From positions 33,232,001 through 33,296,000 of the forward strand of contig OZ024747.1 of the NCBI GenBank assembly GCA_964016885.1: a stretch of DNA of 64,000 nucleotides. The letters are read 5' to 3'. This stretch comes from Eledone cirrhosa (lineage: Eukaryota). Below are positions 48,001 to 63,100 of the stretch, in pieces; position 1 is the stretch's first letter; every line of letters begins with the position of its first letter. The notes beneath the pieces were generated by a model. That model saw only the letters and a program-made list of their open reading frames with translations, had not been told where the DNA came from and searched no databases. A program made the position numbers and the translations under genes.

Positions 48001-51000
48001 ATACATGTAACAACCATAACAGAAATAACACTAGTAACGTTAACAACAATACATGTAACAACCATAACAGAAATAACACTAGCAACGTAAACAACAATAC
48101 ATGTAACAACCATAACACAAATAACACTAGCAACGTTAACAACAATACATGTAACAACCATAACAGAAACAACACTAACAACGTTAACAACAACAATACA
48201 TGTAACAACCATAACAGAAATAACAGTAACAACGTTAACAAAAATACATGTAACAACCTTAACAGAAATAACACTAACAACGTTAACAACAATACATGTA
48301 ACAACCATAAAAGAAATAACACTAACAACGTTAACAACAATACATGTAACAATCATAACAGAAATAACACTAACAACGTTAACAACAATACATGTAACAA
48401 CCATAACAGAAATAACACTAGCAACGTTAACAACAATACATGTAAGAACCATAACAGAAATAACAGTAACAACGTTAACAACAACACATGTAACAACCAT
48501 AACAGAAATAACACTAGTAAACGTTAACAACAATACATGTAACAACCATAACAGAAATAACACTAGCAACGTTAACAACAATACATGTAACAACCATAAC
48601 ACAAATAACACAAGCAACGTTAACAACAATACATGTAACAACCATAACAGAAACAACACTAACAACGTTAACAACAATATATGTAACAACCATAACAGAA
48701 ATAACACTAGCAACGTTAACAACAATACATGTAACAACCATAACAGAAATAACACTAACAACGTTAACAACAATACATGTAACAACCATAACAGAAATAA
48801 GACTAACAACGTTAACAACAACCATAACAGAAATAACACTAGCAACGTTAACAACAATACATGTAAGAACCATAACAGAAATAACAGTAACAACGTTAAC
48901 AACAATACATGTAACAACCATAACAGAAATAACACTAGTAAACGTTAACAACAATACATGTAACAACCATAACAGAAATAACACTAGCAACGTTAACAAC
49001 AATACATGTTACAACCATAACACAAATAACACAAGCAACGTTAACAACAATACATGTAACAACCATAACAGAAACAACACTAACAACGTTAACAACAATA
49101 CAAGTAACAACCGTAACAGAGATAACACTAGTGACGTCAACAGCAATACATGTGACAACCATAAGAGAAATAACACTAACAACGTTAACAACAATACATG
49201 TAACAACCATAACAGAAATAACACTAGTAACGTTAAAAGCAATACATGTGACAACCATAACACAAATAACACTAGCAACGTTATCAACAATACAAGTGAC
49301 AACCATAACAGAAATAACACTAGCAACGTTAACAACAATACATGTAACAAACATAACAGAAATTATACAAGTAAAATTAGCAACGATACATGTAACAATC
49401 TTAATAGAAATAACACTAGCAACGTTAACAACAATACATGTAACAACCATAACAGAAATAACACTAGCAACGTTAACAACAATACATGTAACAACCATAA
49501 CAGAAATAACACTAGCAACGTTAACAACAATACATGTAACAACCATAACAGAAATAACACTAACAACGTTAACAACAATACATGTAACAACCATAACAGA
49601 AATAAGACTAACAACGTTAACAACAACCATAACAGAAATAACACTAACAACGTTAACAACAATACATGTAACAACCATAACAGAAACAACACTAACAACG
49701 TTAACAACAATATATGTAACAACCATAACAGAAATAACACTAACAACGTTAACAACAATACATGTAACAAACATAACATAGATAACACTAACAACGTTAA
49801 CAAAAATACATGTAACAACCTTAACAGAAATAACACTAACATCGTTAACAACAATACATGTAACAACCATAAAAGAAATAACACTAACAACGTTAACAAC
49901 AATACATGTAACAACCATAACAGATATAACACTAACAACGTTAACAACAATACATGTAACAACCATAACAGAAATAACACTAGCAACGTTAACAACAATA
50001 CATGTAAGAACCATAACAGAAATAACAGTAACAACGTTAACAACAATACATGTAACAACCATAACATAAGTAACACTAACAACGTTAACAACAATACATG
50101 TAACAACCATAACACAAATAACACTAGCAACGTTAACAACAATACATGTAACAACCATAACAGAAATAACACTAGCAACGTTAACAACAATACATGTAAG
50201 AACCATAACAGAAATAACACTAACAACGTTAACAACAATACATGTAACAACTATAACAGAAATAACACTAGTAACGTTAACAATAATACATGTAACAACC
50301 ATAACAGAAATAACACTAGCAACGTTAACAACAATACATCTAACAACCATAACAGAAATAACACTAGCAACATCAACAACAATACATGTAACAGCCATAA
50401 CAGAAATAACACTAACAACGTTAGCAACAATACATGTAACAATAATAACAGAAATAACACTAGCAACGTTAAAAACAATACATGTAACAACCATAACAGA
50501 AATAACAGTAACAACGTTAACAACAATACATGTAACAACAATAACAGAAATAACACGAGTAACTTTAACAACAACACATGTAACAGCCATAACAGAAATA
50601 ACACTAGTAACGTTAACAACAATACATGTAACAACCATAACAGAAATAACACTAACAACGTTAACAACAATACATGTAACAACCATAACAGAAATATCAC
50701 TAACAACGTTAACAACAATACATGTAACAACTATAACAGAAATAACACTAACAACGATAACAACAATACATGTAACAACCATAACAGAAATAAAACTAAC
50801 AACGTTAACAACAATACATGCAACAACCATAACAGAAATAACATTAACTACGTTAACAACAATACATGTAACAACCATAACAGAAATAACACTAACAACG
50901 TTAACAACAATACATGTAACAACCATAACAGATATAACATTAACAACATTAACAACAATACATGTAACAACCATAACAGAAATAACACTAACAACGTTAA

Positions 51001-54000
51001 CAACAATACATGTAACAACCATAACAGAAATAACACTAACAACGTTAACAACAATACATGTAACAACCATAACATAAATAACACTAACAACGTTAACAAC
51101 AATACATGTAACAACCATAACAGAAATATCACTAACAACGTTAACAACAATACATGTAACAACTATAACAGAAATAACACTAACAACGATAACAACAATA
51201 CATGTAACAACCATAACAGAAATAAAACTAACAACGTTAACAACAATACATGCAACAACCATAACAGAAATAACACTCACAACGGTAACAACAATACATG
51301 TAACAACAATAACAGAAATAACACTAGTAACTTTAACAACAATACGTGTAACAACCATAGCAGTAATAACACTAACAACGTTAACAACAATACATGTAAC
51401 AACCATAACATAAATAACACTAACTACGTTAACAACAACCATAACAGAAATAACACTAACAACGTTAACAACAATACATGTACAAACATAACAGAAATAA
51501 CACTAACAACCTTAACAACAATACATGTAACGACCATAACAGAAATAACACTAGCAACGTTAGCAACAATACATGTAACAACCATAACAGAAATAACACT
51601 AGCAATGTTAACAACAATACATGTAACAACCATAACATAAATAACACTAACAACGTTAACAACAATACAAGTAACAACCGTAACAGAGATAACACTAGTG
51701 ACGTTAACAGCAATACATGTGACAACCATAAGAGAAATAACACTAACAACGTTAACAACAATACATGTAACAACCATAACAGAAATAACACTAGTAAGGT
51801 TAAAAAAAAATACATGTGACAACCATAACACAAATAACACTAGCAACGTTAACAACAATACAAGTGACAACCATAACAGAAATAACACTAGCAACGTTAA
51901 CAACAATACATGTAACAAACATAACAGAAATTATACAAGTAAAATTAGCAACAATACATGTAACAATCTTAATAGAAATAACACTAGCAACGTTAACAAC
52001 AATACATGTAACAACCATAACAGAAATAACACTAGCAACGTTAACAACAATACATGTAACAACCATAACAGAAATAACACTAGCAACGTTAACAACAATA
52101 CATGTAACAACCATAACAGAAATAACACTAGCAACGTTAACAACAATACATGTAACAACGATAACAGAAATAACACTATTAACGTTAGCAACAATACATG
52201 TCACAACCATAACAGAAATAACACGAGTAACGTTAACAACAATACATGTAACAGCCATAACAGAAATAACACTAGTAACGTTAACAACAATACATGTAAC
52301 AACCATAACAGAAATAACACTAACAACGTTAACAACAATACATGTAACAACCATAACAGAAATATCACTAACAACGTTAACAACAATACATGTAACAACT
52401 ATAACAGAAATAACACTAACAACGATAACAACAATACATGTAACAACCATAACAGAAATAAAACTAACAACGTTAACAACAATACATGCAACAACCATAA
52501 CAGAAATAACATTAACTACGTTAACAACAATACATGTAACAACCATAACAGAAATAACACTAACAACGTTAACAACAATACATGTAACAACCATAACAGA
52601 TATAACATTAACAACATTAACAACAATACATGTAACAACCATAACAGAAATTACACTAACAACGTTAACAACAATACATGTAACAACCATAACAGAAATA
52701 ACACTAACAACGTTAACAACAATACATGTAACAACAATAACAGAAATAACACTAGTAACGTTAACAACAATACATGTAACAACCATAACAGAAATAACAC
52801 TAACGACGTTAACAACAATACATATAACAACCATAACAGAAATAACACTAACAACGTTAACAACAACTATAACAGAAATAACACTCACAACGGTAACAAC
52901 AATACATGTAACAACAATAACAGAAATAACACTAGTAACTTTAACAACAATACGTGTAACAATCATAGCAGAAATAACACTAACAACGTTAACACCAATA
53001 CATGTAACAACCATAACAGAAATAAGACTAACAACGTTAACAACAACCATAACAGAAATAACACTAACAACGTTAACAACAATACATGTACAAACATAAC
53101 AGAAATAACACTAACAACCTTAACAACAACACATGTACCAACAATAACAGAAATAACACTAGTAACGTTAACAACAATACATGTAACAACCATAACAGAA
53201 ATAACACTAACGACGTTAACAACAATACATATAACAACCATAACAGAAATAACACTAACAATGTTAACAACAACCATAACAGAAATAACACTAACAACGT
53301 TAACAACAATACATGTAACAACCATAACAGAAATAACACTAGCAATGTTAACAACAATACATGTAACAACCATAACATAAATAACACTGACAACGTTAAC
53401 AACAATACAAGTAACAACCGTAACAGAGATAACACTAGTGACGTTAACAGCAATACATGTGACAACCATAAGAGAAATAACACTAACAACGTTAACAACA
53501 ATACATGTAACAACCATAACAGAAATAACACTAGTAACGTTAAAAACAATACATGTGACAACCATAACACAAATAACACTAGCAACGTTAACAACAATAC
53601 AAGTGACAACCATAACAGAAATAACACTAGCAACGTTAACAACAATACATGTAACAAACATAACAGAAATTATACAAGTAAAATTAGCAACAATACATGT
53701 AACAATCTTAATAGAAATAACACTAGCAACGTTAACAACAATACATGTAACAACCATAACAGAAATAACACTAGCAACGTTAACAACAATACATGTAACA
53801 AACATAACAGAAATTATACAAGTAAAATTAGCAACAATACATGTAACAATCTTAATAGAAATAACACTAACAACGTTAACAACAATACATGTCACAACCA
53901 TAACAGAAATAAAACGAGTAACGTTAACAACAATACATGTAACAACCATAACAGAAATAACACTAACGACGTTAACAAAAATACATATAACAACCATAAC

Positions 54001-54282
54001 AGAAATAACACTAACAAAGTTAACAACAACTATAACAGAAATAACACTCACAACGGTAACAACAATACATGTAACAACAATAACAGAAATAACACTAGTA
54101 ACGTTAACAACAATACGTGTAACAACCATAACAGAAATAACACTAACAACGTTAACAACAATACATGTAACAACCATAACAGAAATAAGACTAACAACGT
54201 TAACAACAACCATAACAGAAATAACACTAACAACGTTAACAACAATACATGTAACAAACATAACAGAAATAACACTAACAAC
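40357..54282 (+). repeat. 6,951-bp near-identical tandem duplication (copy 1 ~40357-47307, copy 2 ~47308-54282)
   Basis: Every ORF start and marker in 40.5-46.5 kb recurs at +6,951 (40527/47478, 41984/48935, 44747/51698, 46135/53086; ATTGC 40660/47611; A9 run 44851/51802). Identity breaks at 40356/47307 and 47332/54283. I noticed one substitution (43771 C vs 50722 A). Confidence 0.95.
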
Positions 54283-57100
54283 CTTAACAACAATACATGT
54301 AACAACCAAAACAGAAATAACACTAGCAACGTTAACAACAATACATGTAACAACCATAACAGAAATAACACTAGCAACGTTAACAACAATACATGTAACA
54401 ACCATAACATAAATAACACTAACAACGTTAACAACAATACAAGTAACAACCGTAACAGAGATAACACTAGTGACGTTAACAGCAATACACGTGACAACCT
54501 TCAGAGAAATAACACTAGTAACGTTAACAACAATACATGTAACAACCATAACAGAAATAACACTAACAACGTTAACAACAATACATGTAACAAACATAAC
54601 AGAAATTATACAAGTAAAATTAGCAACAATACATGTAACAATCTTAATAGAAATAACACTAGCAACGTTAACAACAATACATGTAACAACCATAACAGAA
54701 ATAACACTAGCAACGTTAACAACAATACATGTAACAACCATAACAGAAATAACACTAGCAACGTTAACAACAATACATGTAACAACCATAACAGAAATAA
54801 CACTAGCAACGTTAACAACAATACATGTAACAACGATAACAGAAATAACACTATTAACGTTAGCAACAATACATATCACAACAATAACAGAAATAACACG
54901 AGTAACGTTAACAACAATACATGTAACAGCCATAACAGAAATAACACTAGTAACGTTAACAACAATACATGTAACAACCATAACAGAAATAACACTAACA
55001 ACGTTAACAACAATACATGTAACAACCATAACAGAAATATCACTAACAACGTTAACAACAATACATGTAACAACTATAACAGAAATAACACTAACAACGA
55101 TAACAACAATACATATAACAACCATAACAGAAATAAAACTAACAACGTTAACAACAATACATGCAACAACCATAACAGAAATAACATTAACTACGTTAAC
55201 AACAATACATGTAACAACCATAACAGAAATAACACTAACAACGTTAACAACAATACATGTAACAACCATAACAGATATAACATTAACAACATTAACAACA
55301 ATACATGTAACAACCATAACAGAAATAACACTAACAACGTTAACAACAATACATGTAACAACCATAACAGAACTAACACTAACAACGTTAACAACAATAC
55401 ATGTAACAACAATAACAGAAATAACACTAGTAACGTTAACAACAATACATGTAACAACCATAACAGAAATAACACTAACGACGTTAACAACAATACATAT
55501 AACAACCATAACAGAAATAACACTAACAACGTTAACAACAACTATAACAGAAATAACACTCACAACGGTAACAACAATACATGTAACAACAATAACAGAA
55601 ATAACACTAGTAACGTTAACAACAATACGTGTAACAACCATAGCAGAAATAACACTAACAACGTTAACAACAATACATGTAACAACCATAACAGAAATAA
55701 GACTAACAACGTTAACAACAACCATAACAGAAATAACACTAACAACGTTAACAACAATACATGTAACAAACATAACAGAAATAACACTAACAACCTTAAC
55801 AACAATACATGTAACAACCATAACAGAAATAACACTAGCAACGTTAACAACAATACATGTAACAACCATAACAGAAATAACACTAGCAATGTTAACAACA
55901 ATACATGTAACAGCCATAACATAAATAACACTAACAACGTTAACAACAATACAAGTAACAACCGTAACAGAGATAACACTAGTGACGTTAACAGCAATAC
56001 ATGTGACAACCATAAGAGAAATAACACTAACAACGTTAACAACAATACATGTAACAACCATAACAGAAATAACACTAGTAACGTTAAAAACAATACATGT
56101 AACAACCATAACACAAATAACACTAGCAACGTTATCAACAATACAAGTGACAACCATAACAGAAATAACACTAGCAACGTTAACAACAATACATGTAACA
56201 AACATAACAGAAATTATACAAGTAAAATTAGCAACAATACATGTAACAATCTTAATAGAAATAACACTAGCAACGTTAACAACAATACATGTAACAACCT
56301 TAACAGAAATAACACTAGCAACGTTAACAACAATACATGTAACAACCATAACAGAAATAACACTAGCAACGTTAACAACAATACATGTAACAACCATAAC
56401 AGAAATAACACTAGCAACGTTAACAACAATACATGTAACAACGATAACAGAAATAACACTATTAACGTTAGCAACAATACATGTCACAACGATAACAGAA
56501 ATAACACGAGTAACGTTAACAACAATACATGTAACAGCCATAACAGAAATAACACTAGTAACGTTAACAACAATACATGTAACAACCATAACAGAAATAA
56601 CACTAACAACGTTAACAACAATACATGTAACAACCATAACAGAAATATCACTAACAACGATAACAACAATACATGTAACAACTATAACAGAAATAACACT
56701 AACAACGATAACAACAATGCATGTAACAACCATAACATAAATAAAACTAACAACGTTAACAACAATACATGCAACAACCATAACAGAAATAACATTAACT
56801 ACGTTAAGAACAATACATGTAACAACCATAACAGAAATAACACTAACAACGTTAACAACAATACATGTAACAACCATAACAGAAATAACATTAACAACAT
56901 TAACAACAATACATGTAACAACCATAACAGAAATAACACTAACAACGTTAACAACAATACATGTAACAACCATAACAGAAATAACATTAACAACGTTAAC
57001 AACAATACCTGTAACAACCATAACAGAAATAACACTAACAACGTTAATAACAATACATGTAACAACCATAACAGAAATAACACTAACAACGTTAACAACA
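42100..57100 (+). repeat. Satellite domain IV: marked by divergent monomers ATTATACAAGTAAAATTAGC and CCGTAACAGAGATAACACTAGTGACGT
   Basis: ATTATACAAGTAAAATTAGC occurs at ~42411, 44979, 46718, 46862, 49362, 51930, 53669, 53813, 54605 and 56213, plus an outlier at 63534. I did not see it before 42 kb. Confidence 0.85.
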
Positions 57101-60100
57101 ATACATGTAACAACCATAACAGAAATAACATAACAACGTTAACAACAATACATGTAACAGCCATAACAGAAATAACACTAACAACGTTAACAACAATACA
57201 TGTAACAACCATAACAGAAATAACACTAACAACGTTAACAACAACCATAAAAGAAATAACACTAGTAACGTTAACAACAACACATGTAACAACCATAACA
57301 GAAATAACACTAACAATGTTAACAACAACCATAACAGAAATAACACTAACAACGTTAACAACAATACATTTAACAACCATAACAGTATTAACACTAGCAA
57401 CGTTAACAACAATACATGTAACAACCATAACAGAAATAACGCTAGCAACGTTAACAACAATACATGTAACAACCATAACAGAAATAACACTAGCAACGTT
57501 AACTACAATACATGTAACAACTATAACAGAAATAACACTAGTAACGTTAGCAACGATACATGTCACAACCATAACAGAAATAACACGAGTAACTTTAACA
57601 ACAATACATGTAACAACCATAACAGAAATAACATTAGCAACGTTAACAACAATACATGTAACAACCATAACAGAAATAACACTAACAACGTTAACAACAA
57701 TACATGTAACAACCATAACAGAAATATCACTAACAACGTTAACAACAATATATGTAACAACCATAACAGAAATAATACTAACACAGTTAACAACAACTAT
57801 AACAGAAATAACACTCACAACGGTAACAACAACACGTGTAACAACCATAACAGAAATAACACTAGTAACGTTAACAACAATACATGTAACAACCATAACA
57901 GAAATAACACTAACAACGTTAACAACAACTATAACAGAAATAACACTCACAACGGTAACAACAATACATGTAACAACAATAACAGAAATAACACTAGTAA
58001 CGTTAACAACAATACGTGTAACAACCATAACAGAAATAACACTAACAACGTTAACAACAATACATGTAACAACCATAACAGAAATAACACTAACAACGTT
58101 AACAACAATACATGAAACAAACATAACAGAAATAACACTAGCAACGTTAACAACAATACAAGTAACAACCATAACAGAAATAACACGAGTAACGTTAACA
58201 ACAATACATGTAACAACCATAACAGAAATAACACTAGCAACGTTACCAACAATACATGTAACAACAATAACAGAAATAACACTAACAGCGTTAACAACAA
58301 TACATGTAACAACCATAACAGAAATATCACTAACAACGTTAACAACAATACATGTAACAAATATAACAGAAATAACACTAACAACGATAACAACAATACA
58401 TGTAACAACCATAACTGAAATAACACTAACAACGTTAACAACAATACATGCAACAACCATAACAAAAATAACATTAACTACGTTAACAACAATACATGTA
58501 ACAACCATAACAGAAATAGCACTAACAACGTTAACAACAATACATGTAACAACCATAACAGAAATAACACTAACAACGTTAACAACAATACATGTAACAG
58601 CCATAACAGAAATAACTCTAACAACGTTAACAACAATACATGTAACAACCATAACAGAAATAACACTAACAACGTTAACAACAACCATAACAGAAATAAC
58701 ACTCACAACGGTAACAACAATACATGTAACAACCATAACAGAAATAACACTAGTAACGTTAACAACAATACATGTAACAACCATAACAAAAATAACACTA
58801 ACAACGTTAACAACAATACATGTAAAAACAATAACAGAAATAACTCTAGTAACGTTAACAACAATACATGTAACAACAATAACAGAAATAACACTAACTA
58901 CGTTAACAACAATACATGTAACGACCATAACAGAAATAACACTAACAACGTTAACAACAATACATGTAACAACCATAACAGAAATAACACTAGTAACATT
59001 AGCAACAATACATGTAACGACCTTAATAGAAATAACACTAGCAACGTTAACAACAATACATGTAACAGCCATAACAGAAATAACATTAGCAACGTTAACA
59101 ACAATACATGTAACAACCATAATAACAGAAATAACATTAGCAACGTTAACAACAATACATGTAACAACCATAACAGAAATAACACTAGTAACGTTAACAA
59201 CAATACATGTAACAACGATAACAGAAATAACACTAGTAACGTTAGCAACAATACATGTCACAACCATAACAGCAGTAGCACTAACAACGTTAACAACAAC
59301 TATAACAGAAATAACACTCACAACGGTAACAACAATAAATGTAACAACCATAACAGAAATAACACTAGCAACGTTAACAACAATACATGTAACAACCATA
59401 ACAGAAATAACACTAGCAACGTTAACAACAATACATGTAACAACCATAACAGAAATAACACTAGCAACGTTAACAACAATACATGTAACAACCATAACAG
59501 AAATAGCACTAGCAACGTTAACAACAATACATGTAACAACCATAACAGAAATAACACTAGTAACGTTAACAACAATACATGTAACAACGATAACAGAAAT
59601 AACACTAACAACGTTAACAACAATACATGTAACAACCATAACAGAAATAACACTAACAACGTTAACAATAATACATGTAACAGCCATAACAGAAATAACT
59701 CTAACAACGTTAACAACAATACATGTAACAACCATAACCGAAATAACACTAACAACGTTAACAACAACCATAACAGAAATAACACTCACAACGGTAACAA
59801 CAATACATGTAACAACCATAACAGAAATAACACTAGTAACGTTAACAACTTTACATGTAACAACCATAACAGAAATAACACTAACAACGTTAACAACAAT
59901 ACATGTAACAACAATAACAGAAATAACACTAGTAACGTTAACAACAATACATGTAACAACCATAACAGAAATAACACTAACTACGTTAACAACAATACAT
60001 GCAACAACCATAACAAAAATAACATTAACTACGTTAACAACAATACATGTAACAACCATAACAGAAATAACACTAACAACGTTAACAACAATACATGTAA

Positions 60101-63100
60101 CAACCATAACAGAAATAACATTAACAACATTAACAACAATACATGTAACAACCATAACAGAAATAACACTAACAACGTTAACAACAATACATGTAACAAC
60201 CATAACAGAAATAACACTAACAACGTTAACAACAATACATGTAACAGCCATAACAGAAATAACACTAACAACGTTAACAACAATACATGTAACAACCATA
60301 ACAGAAATAACACTAACAACGTTAACAACAACCATAACAGAAATAACAATAACAACGTTAACAACAATACATGTAACAACCATAACAGAAATAACACTAA
60401 CAACGGTAACAACAACCATAACAGAAATAACACTAACAACGTTAACAACAATACATGTAACAACCATAACAGAAATAGCACTAACAACGTTAACAACAAT
60501 ACATGTAACAACCATAACAGAAATAACACTAACAACGTTAACAACAATACATGTAACAGCCATAACAGAAATAACTCTAACAACGTTAACAACAATACAT
60601 GTAACAACCATAACAGAATAACACTAGCAACGTTAACAACAATACAAGTAACAACCATAACAGAAATAACACTAGCAACGTTAACAACAATACATGTAAC
60701 AGCCATAACAGAAATAACACTAGTAACATTAGCAACAATACATGTAACAACCTTAATAGAAATAACACTAGCAACGTTAACAACAGTACATGTAACAACC
60801 ATAACAGAAATAACACTAGCAACGTTAACAACAATACATGTAACAACCATAACAGAAATAACATGGGCAACGTTAACAACAATACATGTAACAACCATAA
60901 CAGAAATAACACTAGTAACGTTAACAACAATACATGTAACAACGATAACAGAAATAACACTAGTAACGTTAGCAACAATACATGTCACAACCATAACAGA
61001 AATACCACTAACAACGTTAAGAACAATACATGTAACAACCATAACAGAAATAATACTAACACCGTTAACAACAACTATAAAAGAAATAACACTCACAACG
61101 GTAACAACAACACGTGTAACAACCATAACAGAAATAACACTAGTAACGTTAACAACAATACATGTAACAACCATAACAGAAATAACACTAACAACGTTAA
61201 CAACAATACATGTAACAACAATAACAGAAATAACACTAGTAACGTTAACAACAATACATGTAACAACCATAACAGAAATAACACTAACGACGTTAACAGC
61301 AATACATATAACAACGATAACAGAAATAACACTAACAACGTTAACAACAACTATAACAGAAATAACACTCACAACGGTAACAACAATACATGTAACAACC
61401 ATAACAGAAATAACACTAACAACGTTAACAACAATACATGTAACAACGATAACAGAAATAACACTAGTAACGTTAGCAACAATACATGTCACAACCATAA
61501 CAGAAATAACACGAGTAACGTTAACAACAATACATGTAACAACCATAACAGAAATATCACTAGCAACGTTACCAACAATACATGTAACAACAATAACAGA
61601 AATAACACTAACAGCGTTAACAACAATACATGTAACAACCATAACAGAAATATCACTAACAACGTTAACAACAATACATGCAACAACCATAACAAAAATA
61701 ACATTAACTACGTTAACAACAATACATGTAACAACCATAACAGAAATAACACTAACATCGTTAACATCAATACATGTAACAACCATAACAGAAATAACAT
61801 TAACAACATTAACAACAATACATGTAACAACCATAACAGAAATAACACTAACAACGTTAACAACAATACATGTAACAACCATAACAGAAATAGCACTAAC
61901 AACGTTAACAACAATACATGTAACAACCATAACAGAAATAACACTAACAACGTTAACAACAATACATGTAACAGCCATAACAGAAATAACTCTAACAACG
62001 TTAACAACAATACATGTAACAACCATAACAGAAATAACACTAACAACGTTAACAACAACCATAACAGAAATAACACACACAACGGTAACAACAATACATG
62101 TAACAACCATAACAGAAATAACACTAGTAACGTTAACAACAATACATGTAACAACCATAACAATAATAACACTAACAACGTTAACAACAATACATGTAAA
62201 AACAATAACATAAATAACACTAGTAACGTTAACAACAATACATGTAACAACCATAACAGAAATAACACTAACTACGTTAACAACAATACATGTAACGACC
62301 ATAACAGAAATAACACTAACAACGTTAACAACAATACATGTAACAACCATAACAGAAATAACCCGAGCAACGTTAACAACAATACATGTAACAACCATAA
62401 CAGAAATAACACTAGTAACATTAGCAACAATACATGTAACAACCTTAATAGAAATAACACTAGCAACGTTAACAACAATACATGTAACAGCCATAACAGA
62501 AATAACACTAGCAGCGTTAACAACAATACATGTAACAACCATGACAGAAATAACACTAGCAGCGTTAACAACAATACATCTAACAACCATAACAGAAATA
62601 ACACTAGTAACGTTAACAACAATACATGTAACAACGATAACAGAAATAACACTCGTAACGTTAGCAACAATACATGTCACAACCATAACAGCAATAACAC
62701 TAACAACGTTAACAACAACTATAACAGAAATAACACTCACAACGGTAACAACAATCAATGTAACAGCCATAACAGAAATAACACTAGTAACGTTAACAAC
62801 AACACATGTACCAACAATAACAGAAATAACACTAGTAACGTTAACAACAATACATGTAACAACCATAACAGAAATAACACGAGTAACTTTAACAACAATA
62901 CATGTAACAACCATAACAGAAATAACATTAGCAACGTTAACAACAATACATGTAACAACCATAACAGAAATAACACTAACAACGTTAACAACAATACATG
63001 TAACAACCATAACAGAAATATCACTAACAACGTTAACAACAATATATGTAACAACCATAACAGAAATAACGCTAGCAACGTTAACAACAATACATGTAAC

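Noticed and set aside
53086-60621. 2,511-aa Asn-rich then Thr-rich ORF as a real gene
   Set aside because: Its start arises at a frameshift variant, and the Asn-to-Thr switch is a single 1-bp deletion at ~57131. There is no non-repeat sequence. It is kept only as a low-weight hypothesis in findings.
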